A stretch of DNA of 64,000 nt from assembly GCA_028286605.1 (NCBI GenBank), contig JAQBRE010000002.1, positions 399,687 to 463,686 of the forward strand, given 5' to 3'. Below the pieces are notes generated by a model that was given only the letters and a program-made list of their open reading frames with translations, did not search any database and had not been told where the DNA came from. This DNA comes from Parcubacteria group bacterium (lineage in GTDB: Bacteria > Patescibacteriota > Minisyncoccia > Phycocordibacterales > Phycocordibacteraceae). Below, piece after piece: positions 45,347-54,895 of this stretch; positions within the stretch are counted from its first letter, which is position 1; each line of letters opens with the position of its first letter. The translations under genes and the position numbers were made by a program.

Positions 45347-47740
45347 ATGGCATCTAAAGAACGTCCAACGCTGCATCTCAAGAAAACTCCAGACTTCCCG
45401 CCGAAGCCGCCGGTTAATAACGAAGAATCATTTAACTCTTCTGATGAACTTCGCCGCGCAAATAATATCCTCAATGATTTGCGTCAGGATATTTTTGTTG
45501 CAGGTAGCGATACAAAAAAAGTAGAAAAAGAATGGAAAAACGCCATTAAAACGCACAACTCTATAGTTCGCTCCGTTAAAGAATATCAAGCAACGACTAA
45601 TCCAGAAGAAAAAAACAAATTAGAAGAATCTATAAAAAAATCAATTGCTTCCCTCGCATATGAACGGGAGGTTGAAATTCGCGAAGCATATCAGGGTGGT
45701 GACTTCATACCCTTAAATCCTCATGACCCTCAAACCGCGCTTGAGAATAGAGAAGAATATCGAACGTTTATCAAAGAAAAGAACGAAGTAAATACTTCTG
45801 AAGAGCCTGAGGATGTACCATCACCTGAAATTGAGGCTGAGGTGCACGAAGAGATTACAGCACCTGAAGAGATAGTTGAAGCAGATGAAAATGATACTGT
45901 TGTACCTTTTCCAACACAGCCAAGAGTTCGTGTACGAGAAAATGTGCAGCCATACACCCCTGCGATACAGGCAGAAACTGTCATTGAAACTGAGAAGGAA
46001 AGCGATGAGCCGATCGTGATGCTTAATAAAACGCTAAATAAAATTGCCGGCCTAAAGGAAAAGAAAGTAAAGAAAGAAAAGCCACGAAAGGTATTCAAAT
46101 CAGTGAGCGAAGGCGGCACTGTATACAAGGGTCATCAGTTCGACAGTCTTGATGGTGAATCGGGAACAGTCGCTCCAAAGGCAGAAACAGCACCTGAACC
46201 CGTAATCATTCGAGGTGCTCCTGAAACGCGCGCTGAATATATGAGCGTGCTTCGTCGTAACGTAGCGCAGATTGATCATGATATCGAAGCCAAGCGAAGA
46301 ATTATCGAATCGCTCGAAAAAACAGCGTTACAACATACGGGCATCCGAGAAACTGAGAGCGCACGTGCAAGTGTTGGAAAGAACGAAGAGGAACGTTTTA
46401 TGGCACGCAACCACCGAGTTGAGGCAAGCGTAGATGATCAGATCAGACTAACAGAAAAAGAACTAACCGCGCTTTATGATGAGAAGCAAAACAGCATAAA
46501 GACTGAATCTGCTTCGAATGAAAATTCTTCTGCAGAAGAGGCGATCGAAGCGCCGCTTCCTGTCGTTGAAGTTCCAATTGAAGCTCAGGACTGGACCACG
46601 CACGGACCGAATATAAAGAGCCTTAGTGCGGAGCGTGAAGCCCGTATCAAGGAAAAGAATACGAAAAAGAAGCAGAATATGTTCCGTACCGCTCTTGCCG
46701 GCCTCATGGCGTTTGCGGGTTTTGGTGAGCCAGAAAAACTTGCCGCTGCCACTCATGCGCCCACGCCGGTCGCATCACGTGCTTTTAACGCGTCCGTACA
46801 GAATGACCCCGCGTTGCATCACCTTCAGGAAGCGGCACGCGTTGCTGCTGCAGAGAAGTCGCACCCAAGCACTGTTGCAACCATCGAAAAGAATGGCGAA
46901 GGTGCCGATGCGCTGATCGGAAGCCTGAAGGCGAAGCTCAAGGTTCAGTATCCCGAAGGAACTCGTCCGCCGAATGCAGTGGTGAAGCAAATAATCGAGA
47001 TGCATCCGCACATGCTTACCGAGAAACTTAAGGGCATGCACGGAAAGAAAAGCGTACCGATGCACATGAAAGATTCGTTGGAAGTGAATGCGAAAGGTCA
47101 GTTGGTTTTCCATAGTGCCACGCACCACGCAGATCATCCTCAAGTGCTTATGGAATCTACAATCGCGGGTGTGAAATGGACTGGTACTTTCCATTGGCCG
47201 CATGTGCCAGCTGCACACAAGGAACATAAAGCTCCTGCAGCTCCTCATCATGCAGAAACAGTAACGCCGGAAGCGCCTACGGCCCCTCATACTGAATCTG
47301 CACCAGGAACTCCTGCTCCATCACATGAGCAAACTCCAGCAGCCCCCGCTCCTGATGAGGTTCCTTCACCCGTTGCTCCAGTTGCACACCCTGAAACAAA
47401 ACCTACACAAGGAGCCAAGGCAGAGAATATACACGGTCTGTTTGTTGATAAGGAAACACCTCATATATATCAAGATGCGTATGGTGCTTTGATAGCCTTC
47501 GGCGGTTCGAGCGAGCAGCAGCTCAAGATGATTAATGATTTTTTTGAGTCGCCAAGTAATTGGGGTAAGACAATACTTGCAATGACCTCTAAGCCCGACC
47601 CTCTGACTGGCCAGCCAGATCTGAGTTCATTCAGTGTCGATGAATCGGGAAAGACCAGACTGGTCCCCGTGATGACCGACGAACAAAACACAATGATTCT
47701 GCCACCTACGGAGGATGACCTCGTTAAGAAAGTACAATAG
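45347..47740 (+). CDS. Large hypothetical protein (797 aa): acidic, coiled-coil and His/Pro/Ala-rich low complexity. Co-operonic with the T4SS-like ATPase.
   Basis: Starts 4 nt after the ATPase stop. The 5' third is AT-rich. It contains HxxHxxxH and PAAPxP runs, with no TM segments. Confidence 0.55.
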   Translation: MASKERPTLHLKKTPDFPPKPPVNNEESFNSSDELRRANNILNDLRQDIFVAGSDTKKVEKEWKNAIKTHNSIVRSVKEYQATTNPEEKNKLEESIKKSIASLAYEREVEIREAYQGGDFIPLNPHDPQTALENREEYRTFIKEKNEVNTSEEPEDVPSPEIEAEVHEEITAPEEIVEADENDTVVPFPTQPRVRVRENVQPYTPAIQAETVIETEKESDEPIVMLNKTLNKIAGLKEKKVKKEKPRKVFKSVSEGGTVYKGHQFDSLDGESGTVAPKAETAPEPVIIRGAPETRAEYMSVLRRNVAQIDHDIEAKRRIIESLEKTALQHTGIRETESARASVGKNEEERFMARNHRVEASVDDQIRLTEKELTALYDEKQNSIKTESASNENSSAEEAIEAPLPVVEVPIEAQDWTTHGPNIKSLSAEREARIKEKNTKKKQNMFRTALAGLMAFAGFGEPEKLAAATHAPTPVASRAFNASVQNDPALHHLQEAARVAAAEKSHPSTVATIEKNGEGADALIGSLKAKLKVQYPEGTRPPNAVVKQIIEMHPHMLTEKLKGMHGKKSVPMHMKDSLEVNAKGQLVFHSATHHADHPQVLMESTIAGVKWTGTFHWPHVPAAHKEHKAPAAPHHAETVTPEAPTAPHTESAPGTPAPSHEQTPAAPAPDEVPSPVAPVAHPETKPTQGAKAENIHGLFVDKETPHIYQDAYGALIAFGGSSEQQLKMINDFFESPSNWGKTILAMTSKPDPLTGQPDLSSFSVDESGKTRLVPVMTDEQNTMILPPTEDDLVKKVQ

Positions 47741-47800
47741 ATTGTGCTTTCTGGGTTGGTGATATACTGAGAGCACTAACAGCCAATAACAGCTTTTCGT

Positions 47801-48343
47801 ATGCAGGTGACTTCAACAGGTATCGCAGTAGCGCTGGCAGTCGTCGTAGCGCTTGGGCTTCTCTTCTTCGGACCACAGCTCTTTACTGCGTTTTCGGGAC
47901 AGCCAACACAGACGGCGGTAACTGCTACAAGCACCCTGCCTACCGCAACTTCAACTATGGACACTCAAGATACACAGGGAACTTCAGCCGCAGCAGCGAT
48001 TCCTAATCCTCTACCAACGATACTTACGGCAACTGATGAGGTCGTGGGCACCGGTGCAGAAGCAAAGACAGGTGACACGGTTACGGTTGACTATGTCGGC
48101 ATGCTTCCAGACGGAACCGTCTTCGACGCGTCAGCTAATCACGGTACGACTGGATTCTCATTCCAGCTTGGCGGCGGTCAGGTGATTAAAGGTTGGGATC
48201 AGGGTGTTGTCGGCATGAAAGTAGGGGGCAAGCGCCGCCTCATCATTCCTGCAGACCTTGCGTATGGAAATCAGGCAGTAGGTGGAGTCATTCCGGCGAA
48301 TGCGACGCTTGTCTTCGACATTACGTTGCGCGACGTAAAATAG
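47801..48343 (+). CDS. FKBP-type peptidyl-prolyl cis-trans isomerase, membrane-anchored
   Basis: GDTVTVDYVGMLPDGTVFDAS...FQLGGGQVIKGWDQGVVGMKVGGKRRLIIPADLAYG is the FKBP core. N-terminal TM. Confidence 0.85.
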   Translation: MQVTSTGIAVALAVVVALGLLFFGPQLFTAFSGQPTQTAVTATSTLPTATSTMDTQDTQGTSAAAAIPNPLPTILTATDEVVGTGAEAKTGDTVTVDYVGMLPDGTVFDASANHGTTGFSFQLGGGQVIKGWDQGVVGMKVGGKRRLIIPADLAYGNQAVGGVIPANATLVFDITLRDVK

Positions 48344-48366
48344 ATTCCTGAACGAATAAGTATAAA

Positions 48367-48402
48367 AAGAACTGCCATGAGTCTTGGGACTCATGGCAGT
48401 TT
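48367..48402. terminator. Bidirectional terminator hairpin
   Basis: aactgccatgagtc-ttgg-gactcatggcagtt. It lies between FKBP and the convergent lipoprotein gene. Confidence 0.7.
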
Positions 48403-48422
48403 TGTTGAGGATTCGAACGAAC

Positions 48423-49091
48423 CTAGTGGACGATCGGCGGAGGTTCTTCTTCCGTCGTCGAGACCGCGTTCGGGTCGTTGGGAACAGGCTTCAGGGGACC
48501 TTTCGGCCGCTTGATAGCGTGTCCGTTGACGGCATCCGCGTTGATGATGATGTGAGAGCCATTGAAGGCACCCACACGCGATTTCGCGTCAGAGACGAAG
48601 GCGCCGACGCACTGGCCTTGGTTGTAACGATTCCCCGTGAAGTGGCGATCGAGGCCACCGCCGAGGCCGGAGCCGAAGGCAGAGCCACCGCTGGATTTGG
48701 CAGCGTATTCGCCATATCCTTTGGTCGCTGTGGTCACAGACGCGATGCCTTTCGCCGTTCCGTAGCCGCCGAAGATGGCGGTGGGAATGGCGGTGCGAAG
48801 AGCAGTCGTGCCGACCGACTTCACAGCCAGTAGGAACGGGCGCGGAATCTGAATCCGACACTGCTGATCGAGGTAGCCGAGATTCTCCCAGTCGGCGACG
48901 GTGAATTTCGGCACCTCCTTGTTCTTCGCCACCATGTCGGGTGACACGTGCGGCAGATTGGCAGGGTAGGTGACGAGAGCGTATTCGCCGCGACCGACCG
49001 TCTCTTGAGACGAGAAGCCGTGCGTGGTGCCGCATGCGGTGAGCATGAAGCCCACCACAGCAATCGATAGCAAGGTCAGAAGCTTATTCAT
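48423..49091 (-). CDS. Lipoprotein with a glycine-zipper-like Gly-rich region
   Basis: Signal peptide + lipobox LTAC. Central AIFGGYGTAKGIASV...GSGLGGGL Gly-rich segment. Confidence 0.6.
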   Translation of the reverse strand: MNKLLTLLSIAVVGFMLTACGTTHGFSSQETVGRGEYALVTYPANLPHVSPDMVAKNKEVPKFTVADWENLGYLDQQCRIQIPRPFLLAVKSVGTTALRTAIPTAIFGGYGTAKGIASVTTATKGYGEYAAKSSGGSAFGSGLGGGLDRHFTGNRYNQGQCVGAFVSDAKSRVGAFNGSHIIINADAVNGHAIKRPKGPLKPVPNDPNAVSTTEEEPPPIVH

Positions 49092-49212
49092 TGGAGTACT
49101 CCCTCCACTAGGTTGATCCGAATTGGAAAGGGCTTTCGCACCTCTGTGTACTGTTATATCACATACAAATGTATTCTGTCAAGCCCCCTATAATAGGCCC
49201 TAGCTTGCGTAA

Positions 49213-50457
49213 ATGGCAACCCACCGATACGGTAAGGATATGAGTTCACTAGGGTTTTCTATCGAATCACGCGAGGGCGCAGCCCGAGCGGGCACGCTCA
49301 CGACGCCGCATGGCGTTATCCAGACACCAGCCTTCGTACCGGTGGGCACGAAGGCTGGTGTGAAAGGACTGCTTCCAAGTGTATTGAAAGAACTCGGCGC
49401 GCAGGTCGTGCTCGCCAATACCTATCACTTGTACCTTCAACCAGGTGAACAAATAGTGAAGGATGCCGGAGGCCTCGGGAAGTTCATGAACTGGGAAGGT
49501 CCTACCATGACAGACTCGGGCGGCTTCCAGGTGTTCTCATTAGGTGCGGCCTTCGGCCGCACCATCACCAAGATCGCGAAAGGCGAAGAACTCCCGCGAG
49601 AGCAGAGCGTTTCCGTGTTCGATGCAGACGTACAGAGCCAGCATGGCCAGCTTGCGGTTATCGATGATCAGGGCGTTACCTTCACGTCGCACCTCGATGG
49701 TACGCTTCATCGCTTCACGCCTGAACGCTCGGTTGAGATTCAACAGGCGCTCGGTGCAGACATGTTCTTCGCCTTCGATGAATGCACGGCTCCTACGGAG
49801 CCGTATGAATATCAGCGCGAAGCTATGGAGCGAACGCATCGCTGGGCGCAACGCTCCCTTACAACGCATCGTCAGAATATCAAGGCGAACCAGACGCAGG
49901 CAATCTTCGGTATCGTGCAGGGCGGCCGTCACGCAGACTTGCGAAAGGAAAGCGCGAAGGAGATAGCGTCGCTCGGTTTCGATGGTTTCGGCATCGGCGG
50001 CTCCTTCAGTAAGGAAGATATGCACGGCGCATTGCAAGCAGCGATTCCGGAACTTCCGGACGAATTGCCACGACACTTCCTTGGTATTGGTGAACCTGGC
50101 GATGTGCTCACCGGCATTGCGAACGGAATGGATCTTTTCGACTGCGTCGCAGCGACGCGCATTGGTCGTCATGGCTCTATTTATACGAAGCGCGGTCCTA
50201 TCCATCTGAAGGGAGAAAAGTTCAGGAATGATTTAGGTCCTTTGGATCCTGAGATGCTCGTACCTGGGACTGAAGGATTCACGCGTGCCTATGTGGCGCA
50301 CCAGGTCCGGGCAGGAGAAATGCTTGGGGCAATTATCTGCTCGATGCACAATCTCGGATTCATCATCCAGCTTGTGGAGGGCGCTCGCCAAGCGATTCAT
50401 GACGGCCGCTTCGCGGCCTACCGCGAAGACTTCGTCCGTAACTATTACGGTAAATGA
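49213..50457 (+). CDS. tgt: Queuine tRNA-ribosyltransferase
   Basis: TPAFVPVGTKAGVKG, LANTYHL, MTDSGGFQVFSLG (catalytic Asp region) and FGIGGSFS motifs. 414 aa. An alternative start lies at 49240. Confidence 0.85.
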   Translation: MATHRYGKDMSSLGFSIESREGAARAGTLTTPHGVIQTPAFVPVGTKAGVKGLLPSVLKELGAQVVLANTYHLYLQPGEQIVKDAGGLGKFMNWEGPTMTDSGGFQVFSLGAAFGRTITKIAKGEELPREQSVSVFDADVQSQHGQLAVIDDQGVTFTSHLDGTLHRFTPERSVEIQQALGADMFFAFDECTAPTEPYEYQREAMERTHRWAQRSLTTHRQNIKANQTQAIFGIVQGGRHADLRKESAKEIASLGFDGFGIGGSFSKEDMHGALQAAIPELPDELPRHFLGIGEPGDVLTGIANGMDLFDCVAATRIGRHGSIYTKRGPIHLKGEKFRNDLGPLDPEMLVPGTEGFTRAYVAHQVRAGEMLGAIICSMHNLGFIIQLVEGARQAIHDGRFAAYREDFVRNYYGK

Positions 50458-50462
50458 AGTAG

Positions 50463-50490
50463 TATGGTCGGCCTGTTAAGGCCGACCATA
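50463..50490. terminator. Bidirectional terminator hairpin
   Basis: tatggtcggcc-tgttaa-ggccgaccata is a perfect 11-bp stem. Confidence 0.7.
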
Positions 50491-50491
50491 G

Positions 50492-50914
50492 TTAGTTCAA
50501 TTTTGCTTTTCGTTCCGCGTTCAGGTCAGCGAGACGTACATTCACCTGGTCAAGCGCGTCAGGGTCAGTATCGGCCGCTTCTTCTCCAAGCGCCATGAGC
50601 GTTCCCTTGATGAGCCCGACAGCTAATAGAAGGAAGTTACTTGCCTTTTCGAAGAATTTCAATTGCTCGGCCGTGTAATCGCCCTTATTGATCTTTTCTT
50701 TAATCCGCGCGAGCTCCAACGAAAGCAAATGACCACCGGGTACCGCTTTCAGTGAAATAAAAGTCATCCTTGTGTTTGGCTGCCTGAGCGGTTCTCCGGA
50801 GGCATTAATCATGAAGGGCAGGTCCGAAACGATTGCACCTCCCATCATCTCAAAATTTTCAGCTTCAAGACACAGAAGCTGAAACGCTTCAGTAGTTGTT
50901 CCGAGTTCGGACAT
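50492..50914 (-). CDS. Hypothetical protein (140 aa)
   Basis: ORF only. It is divergent from uvrB. Confidence 0.45.
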   Translation of the reverse strand: MSELGTTTEAFQLLCLEAENFEMMGGAIVSDLPFMINASGEPLRQPNTRMTFISLKAVPGGHLLSLELARIKEKINKGDYTAEQLKFFEKASNFLLLAVGLIKGTLMALGEEAADTDPDALDQVNVRLADLNAERKAKLN

Positions 50915-50989
50915 GTGATTCTCCTATCTTTCTGTCTATATATAATCAGTAATTCATCTAAAAGCAATTATGGTATCTTCATAGTACAT

Positions 50990-53062
50990 ATGGCGAACTT
51001 CAAGCTTCACATTCCGTTTCCGCCGGCTGGGGACCAGCCGGCGGCTATCAAAGCCCTCGTTAAGGGTGTTCAGGATGGCTTGCCGTTCCAAACACTTCTT
51101 GGTGCGACCGGAACAGGAAAGACCTATACGATCGCGAACGTCGTTGCGCAGATAGACAAGCCGACGCTCGTTATGGCGCACAACAAGACGCTCGCCGCGC
51201 AGCTCGCACAGGAGTATCGCGAGTTTTTTCCTGAGAACGCGGTGCACTATTTCGTTTCCTATTACGACTACTATCAGCCGGAGGCATACATCGCGCACTC
51301 CGATACGTATATTGAAAAGGAAGCGCAGATCAACGCCGAGATCGATCGTCTTCGTCACGCCGCTACGCAGGCGCTCCTAACACGCAAGGATGTCCTGATT
51401 GTCGCTTCCGTCTCTGCTATCTATGGTCTCGGTTCGCCAGCAAATTATGAGAAGGTGCACGTGAAGCTCGTTAAAGGCGGGAAGGAAGATCGCGCATCGC
51501 TCATTCGTAAGCTCGTCGGTATTTATTTCGAACGAACGAATGCAGACCTGGAACCAGGCAAGCTGCGAGCTGTGGGGAATTCGCTTGAGCTTATGCCGGT
51601 TAACGAGCGAGCGATCTATCGCATCGTATTCGAAGGGGAACTCATCAGCCTGATCGAATCGCTAGACCCTGTCTCGCGCGCAAAAATAGGGGAGCCGGAC
51701 TCCCTATTCATATTCCCTGCCAAGCACTTCGTTTCGAACGAGGAGGAACGTAACCGTGCACTCGAAAGCATCCGTGCGGAGCTCGATGATCGCCTTGAAC
51801 AGCTGAAGCGTGAAGAGAAGCCGCTCGAGGCCGAGCGGCTCAAGCGCCGTACCCTGCACGACATCGCGCTTATCCGCGAGATCGGCTATAGCGGCGGCAT
51901 CGAGAACTACTCGCGACACTTCGACGGCCGCGCACCAGGCGAGCCGCCGCACACGCTCCTTTCCTACTTCCCGCACAAGAAAGACGGCTCCGCAGATTTC
52001 CTTACCGTTATAGATGAATCGCACGTTGCCGTTTCGCAGGTGGGCGGCATGTATGCCGGTGATAAGTCCCGAAAGGATATTCTGGTGGAGCACGGCTTCC
52101 GCTTACCATCCGCGCGCGATAATCGTCCGCTCAAATTCGAGGAATTCGAGAAGCGCATTGGGCAGGTGATATTCACCTCAGCAACACCAGGAGTTTACGA
52201 GCGCGAGCATTCGGTTGCACCGAACGGGCAAATAGTACAGCAGATCATTCGCCCGACTGGACTCGTTGATCCCGAACTCGTCGTGCGTCCTATTAATGAG
52301 TCAGGAGAATACAAAGGACAGGTGGCAGATTTCATCGCCGAGGCAGAGAAGACTATTAAGGGCGGCGGCCGCGCACTCGCGACGACGCTCACCAAGCAGA
52401 TGGCGGAAGACCTTGCAGACTTCCTGCGCGAGAAGGGAATCAAATCCGAATACATTCATAGTGACATCAAGACGATCGAGCGCATCGATATCCTCACTGC
52501 ATTTCGTAGAGGCGAGTTCGACATCCTTGTCGGCGTGAACCTGCTGCGTGAGGGCCTCGATCTTCCGGAAGTTGAATTGGTCGGCATCCTTGATGCCGAC
52601 AAGGAAGGGTTCCTTCGTTCGGAAACATCGCTCATCCAAACTATCGGCCGCGCGGCACGTAACGTGCTCGGTCGCGTGATTCTGTATGCGGATGTAATGA
52701 CCGGCTCGATGGAGCGCGCTATCGGCGAGACTGATCGCCGCCGCACTATTCAGGAAGCGTACAACAAGGAACATGGCATAACTCCGATGACCATCAAGAA
52801 GGAGATCAAGGACATCGCAGAGAGTATGCGCAGCGAGCATCAGAAGACGGTCCATTCGCTCCTTGAGCTCGATTCGAAACTGTATGAGGAAGATCCGAAA
52901 GCGTTCATAAAGGATAAGCGTCGCCAGATGAATGAAGCGGTTGAAGCGCTCGATTTTGAGACGGCTGCCATCATTCGAGACGAGATATATACGCTCGAGG
53001 GCAAGGAAGTGCCAGAAAAGAAGGCGGGAAAGGCACGAAGTACGCGCCGACGGGGTCGATAA
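50990..53062 (+). CDS. uvrB: Excinuclease ABC subunit B
   Basis: GDQPAAIKALVKGV...LLGATGTGKTYTIANV (Walker A), the UvrB beta-hairpin region, helicase motifs, and the C-terminal UVR domain (AVEALDFETAAIIRDEIYTLEG). The ORF-track N-terminal extension is rejected. Confidence 0.92.
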   Translation: MANFKLHIPFPPAGDQPAAIKALVKGVQDGLPFQTLLGATGTGKTYTIANVVAQIDKPTLVMAHNKTLAAQLAQEYREFFPENAVHYFVSYYDYYQPEAYIAHSDTYIEKEAQINAEIDRLRHAATQALLTRKDVLIVASVSAIYGLGSPANYEKVHVKLVKGGKEDRASLIRKLVGIYFERTNADLEPGKLRAVGNSLELMPVNERAIYRIVFEGELISLIESLDPVSRAKIGEPDSLFIFPAKHFVSNEEERNRALESIRAELDDRLEQLKREEKPLEAERLKRRTLHDIALIREIGYSGGIENYSRHFDGRAPGEPPHTLLSYFPHKKDGSADFLTVIDESHVAVSQVGGMYAGDKSRKDILVEHGFRLPSARDNRPLKFEEFEKRIGQVIFTSATPGVYEREHSVAPNGQIVQQIIRPTGLVDPELVVRPINESGEYKGQVADFIAEAEKTIKGGGRALATTLTKQMAEDLADFLREKGIKSEYIHSDIKTIERIDILTAFRRGEFDILVGVNLLREGLDLPEVELVGILDADKEGFLRSETSLIQTIGRAARNVLGRVILYADVMTGSMERAIGETDRRRTIQEAYNKEHGITPMTIKKEIKDIAESMRSEHQKTVHSLLELDSKLYEEDPKAFIKDKRRQMNEAVEALDFETAAIIRDEIYTLEGKEVPEKKAGKARSTRRRGR

Positions 53063-53070
53063 ATAAGTGC

Positions 53071-53097
53071 GTAAAGCGGCCAAAGGCCGCTTTACGG
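53071..53097 (+). terminator. Terminator hairpin after uvrB
   Basis: gtaaagcggcc-aaa-ggccgctttac is a perfect 11-bp stem with a weak U-tract. Confidence 0.5.
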
Positions 53098-53114
53098 GAT
53101 GCTACTATAGGTTC

Positions 53115-54215
53115 ATGAAGATGAGCATCCGTACGCTACTGACCGTACTCGCACTCGCTGCGCTCGTGCTATTTCTCGTGGTCGTGTTCGGAGCCATGTA
53201 CCTCTTGCAGGGCGAGTTCATGCAGCTATTGCCTTCGGATGTCGTTCCTCAGGTTATTTCGGGAATCAGCGCATCACTCATGTATCAGGCAGGCGCATTC
53301 ACGCTCCTTAGTATCATCATCGCGATAACGCTGTTCTTGATTCTGAGCGCAGCGATCGCGCAGCCGCTTCGCGCTATCGTGGTCGCGATGACGGCGTTCG
53401 CAGAACGGGGGGAGCGCGTAGCGCTCCCTAGCTCCTCCCTCATGCCCACGGAGCTGACGTCTCTAACGGCAGCACTCGTCGCCTCGATGGATAAAGTGGA
53501 GCTTTCGCATAAGAAGGACGAAGAAGTCTCCCGTGTGAAATCAGATTTCATCTCTACCGCCGCGCACCAGCTCCGCACGCCGCTCACCGGTATTCGCTGG
53601 GCGCTCGAGGCACTCCAGCAGGAACAGCTTTCGCAGGATCAACAGGCGCTCGTTAAGAGTGCCGTCGATAAGAGTCATGACCTCGTCGCAATTGTCGGCA
53701 CGCTGCTCGACATTTCCGCAATCGAATCAGGAAAATATAAATACAACTTTATACCGATGGATCTTGGCGAGCTCGTGAATGAAGTAGGTAATGATTTCAC
53801 GCCGCTTGCTGCGCAGCGCCAGGTATCGCTTCTATTCCAGCCAAGCGCTGAACCGTTGCCGCAGATAAAAGGTGATCGCGATCGCATCAAATGGATTCTC
53901 AATAATCTTATCGAGAATGCCATTCGCTACACTCCTACCGGCGGTTCCATAACCGTGTCGACAGATATCATCGCGAATCAGGTGCAGGTTCGCGTGCGCG
54001 ACACGGGTATCGGTATCCCTGAACAGGAGCGCGGCAATATCTTCGAGCGTTTCTATCGAGCGGGCAACGCGATAACGAAGGAAAATGCCGGCAACGGTCT
54101 GGGTCTCTATATCGCACGCACGATCGCTACGGATCACGGCGGCGACCTTGATTTCAAGGGAAACACTGAGGGTCCGGGCACCACGTTCATCCTTTCTTTC
54201 CCGGTTAGTGCCTAG
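53115..54215 (+). CDS. Sensor histidine kinase (TM, HAMP-like, HisKA, HATPase_c)
   Basis: H-box FISTAAHQLRTPLTGI, N-box LIENAIRYT, G1 DTGIGIP and G2 GNGLGL. Two N-terminal TM helices. Confidence 0.85.
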   Translation: MKMSIRTLLTVLALAALVLFLVVVFGAMYLLQGEFMQLLPSDVVPQVISGISASLMYQAGAFTLLSIIIAITLFLILSAAIAQPLRAIVVAMTAFAERGERVALPSSSLMPTELTSLTAALVASMDKVELSHKKDEEVSRVKSDFISTAAHQLRTPLTGIRWALEALQQEQLSQDQQALVKSAVDKSHDLVAIVGTLLDISAIESGKYKYNFIPMDLGELVNEVGNDFTPLAAQRQVSLLFQPSAEPLPQIKGDRDRIKWILNNLIENAIRYTPTGGSITVSTDIIANQVQVRVRDTGIGIPEQERGNIFERFYRAGNAITKENAGNGLGLYIARTIATDHGGDLDFKGNTEGPGTTFILSFPVSA

Positions 54216-54233
54216 TGCTATACTTCCTATATC

Positions 54234-54773
54234 ATGGCTGATTCAACGAATTTCATACTAGTGGTGGAGGATGATCCTATTCTTAAGAACTTGCTCGGGC
54301 ACACGTTCGCAGGAAAGTATCAGACGCTGTACGCCTCTAATGGCGCTGAAGCGCTCGCACTGTTCAATCAGTACACGCCGGCAATCGTCCTTCTGGACCT
54401 CATGCTTCCCGACATGGACGGATTCACGATTCTTCAGCAGATCCGTGCACGCCCTGACGCGTCGAAGGATGTGCCGGTGATCATTGTTTCTAACCTTGGC
54501 CAGCAGTCTGATAAGGACAAAGCAATGGCACTCGGCGCTAACGACTATATCGTGAAGGCAGAAGTCGAGATCGAAGAGATCGTGAACCGCATGCAGAAGT
54601 TCATGCCGGTTGCAGGCGCTGCGCCAGTAGCTCCGCCGGCTGCAAGCCCTATGCCTGCTGCTGCTCCGGCACCGACGCCAGCGCTGATGCCAGTACCTGA
54701 AGCGGTAGCCCCTGCTGCTGCACCTGAAATCGGTGATGGAGAAGGAACAGAAGAGAAGCCGTTCGTCATATAA
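54234..54773 (+). CDS. Single-domain response regulator (CheY-like receiver) with an Ala/Pro-rich C-terminal tail
   Basis: Receiver motifs VVEDD, LLDLMLPDMDG (phospho-Asp) and a conserved Lys in YIVKA. No output domain. C-terminal PAAAPAPTPALMPVPEAVAPAAAP. Confidence 0.8.
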   Translation: MADSTNFILVVEDDPILKNLLGHTFAGKYQTLYASNGAEALALFNQYTPAIVLLDLMLPDMDGFTILQQIRARPDASKDVPVIIVSNLGQQSDKDKAMALGANDYIVKAEVEIEEIVNRMQKFMPVAGAAPVAPPAASPMPAAAPAPTPALMPVPEAVAPAAAPEIGDGEGTEEKPFVI

Positions 54774-54895
54774 CGTTCATACACAAGTTTTTATTGTGCG
54801 CAGGTGTTCGATAGCGCAATTACACGCCTACGAGTATACTCATCCAGTACCGGTCCCGCCATGGACCGGGGCAATTCCGTAGATATAAGTCATAG

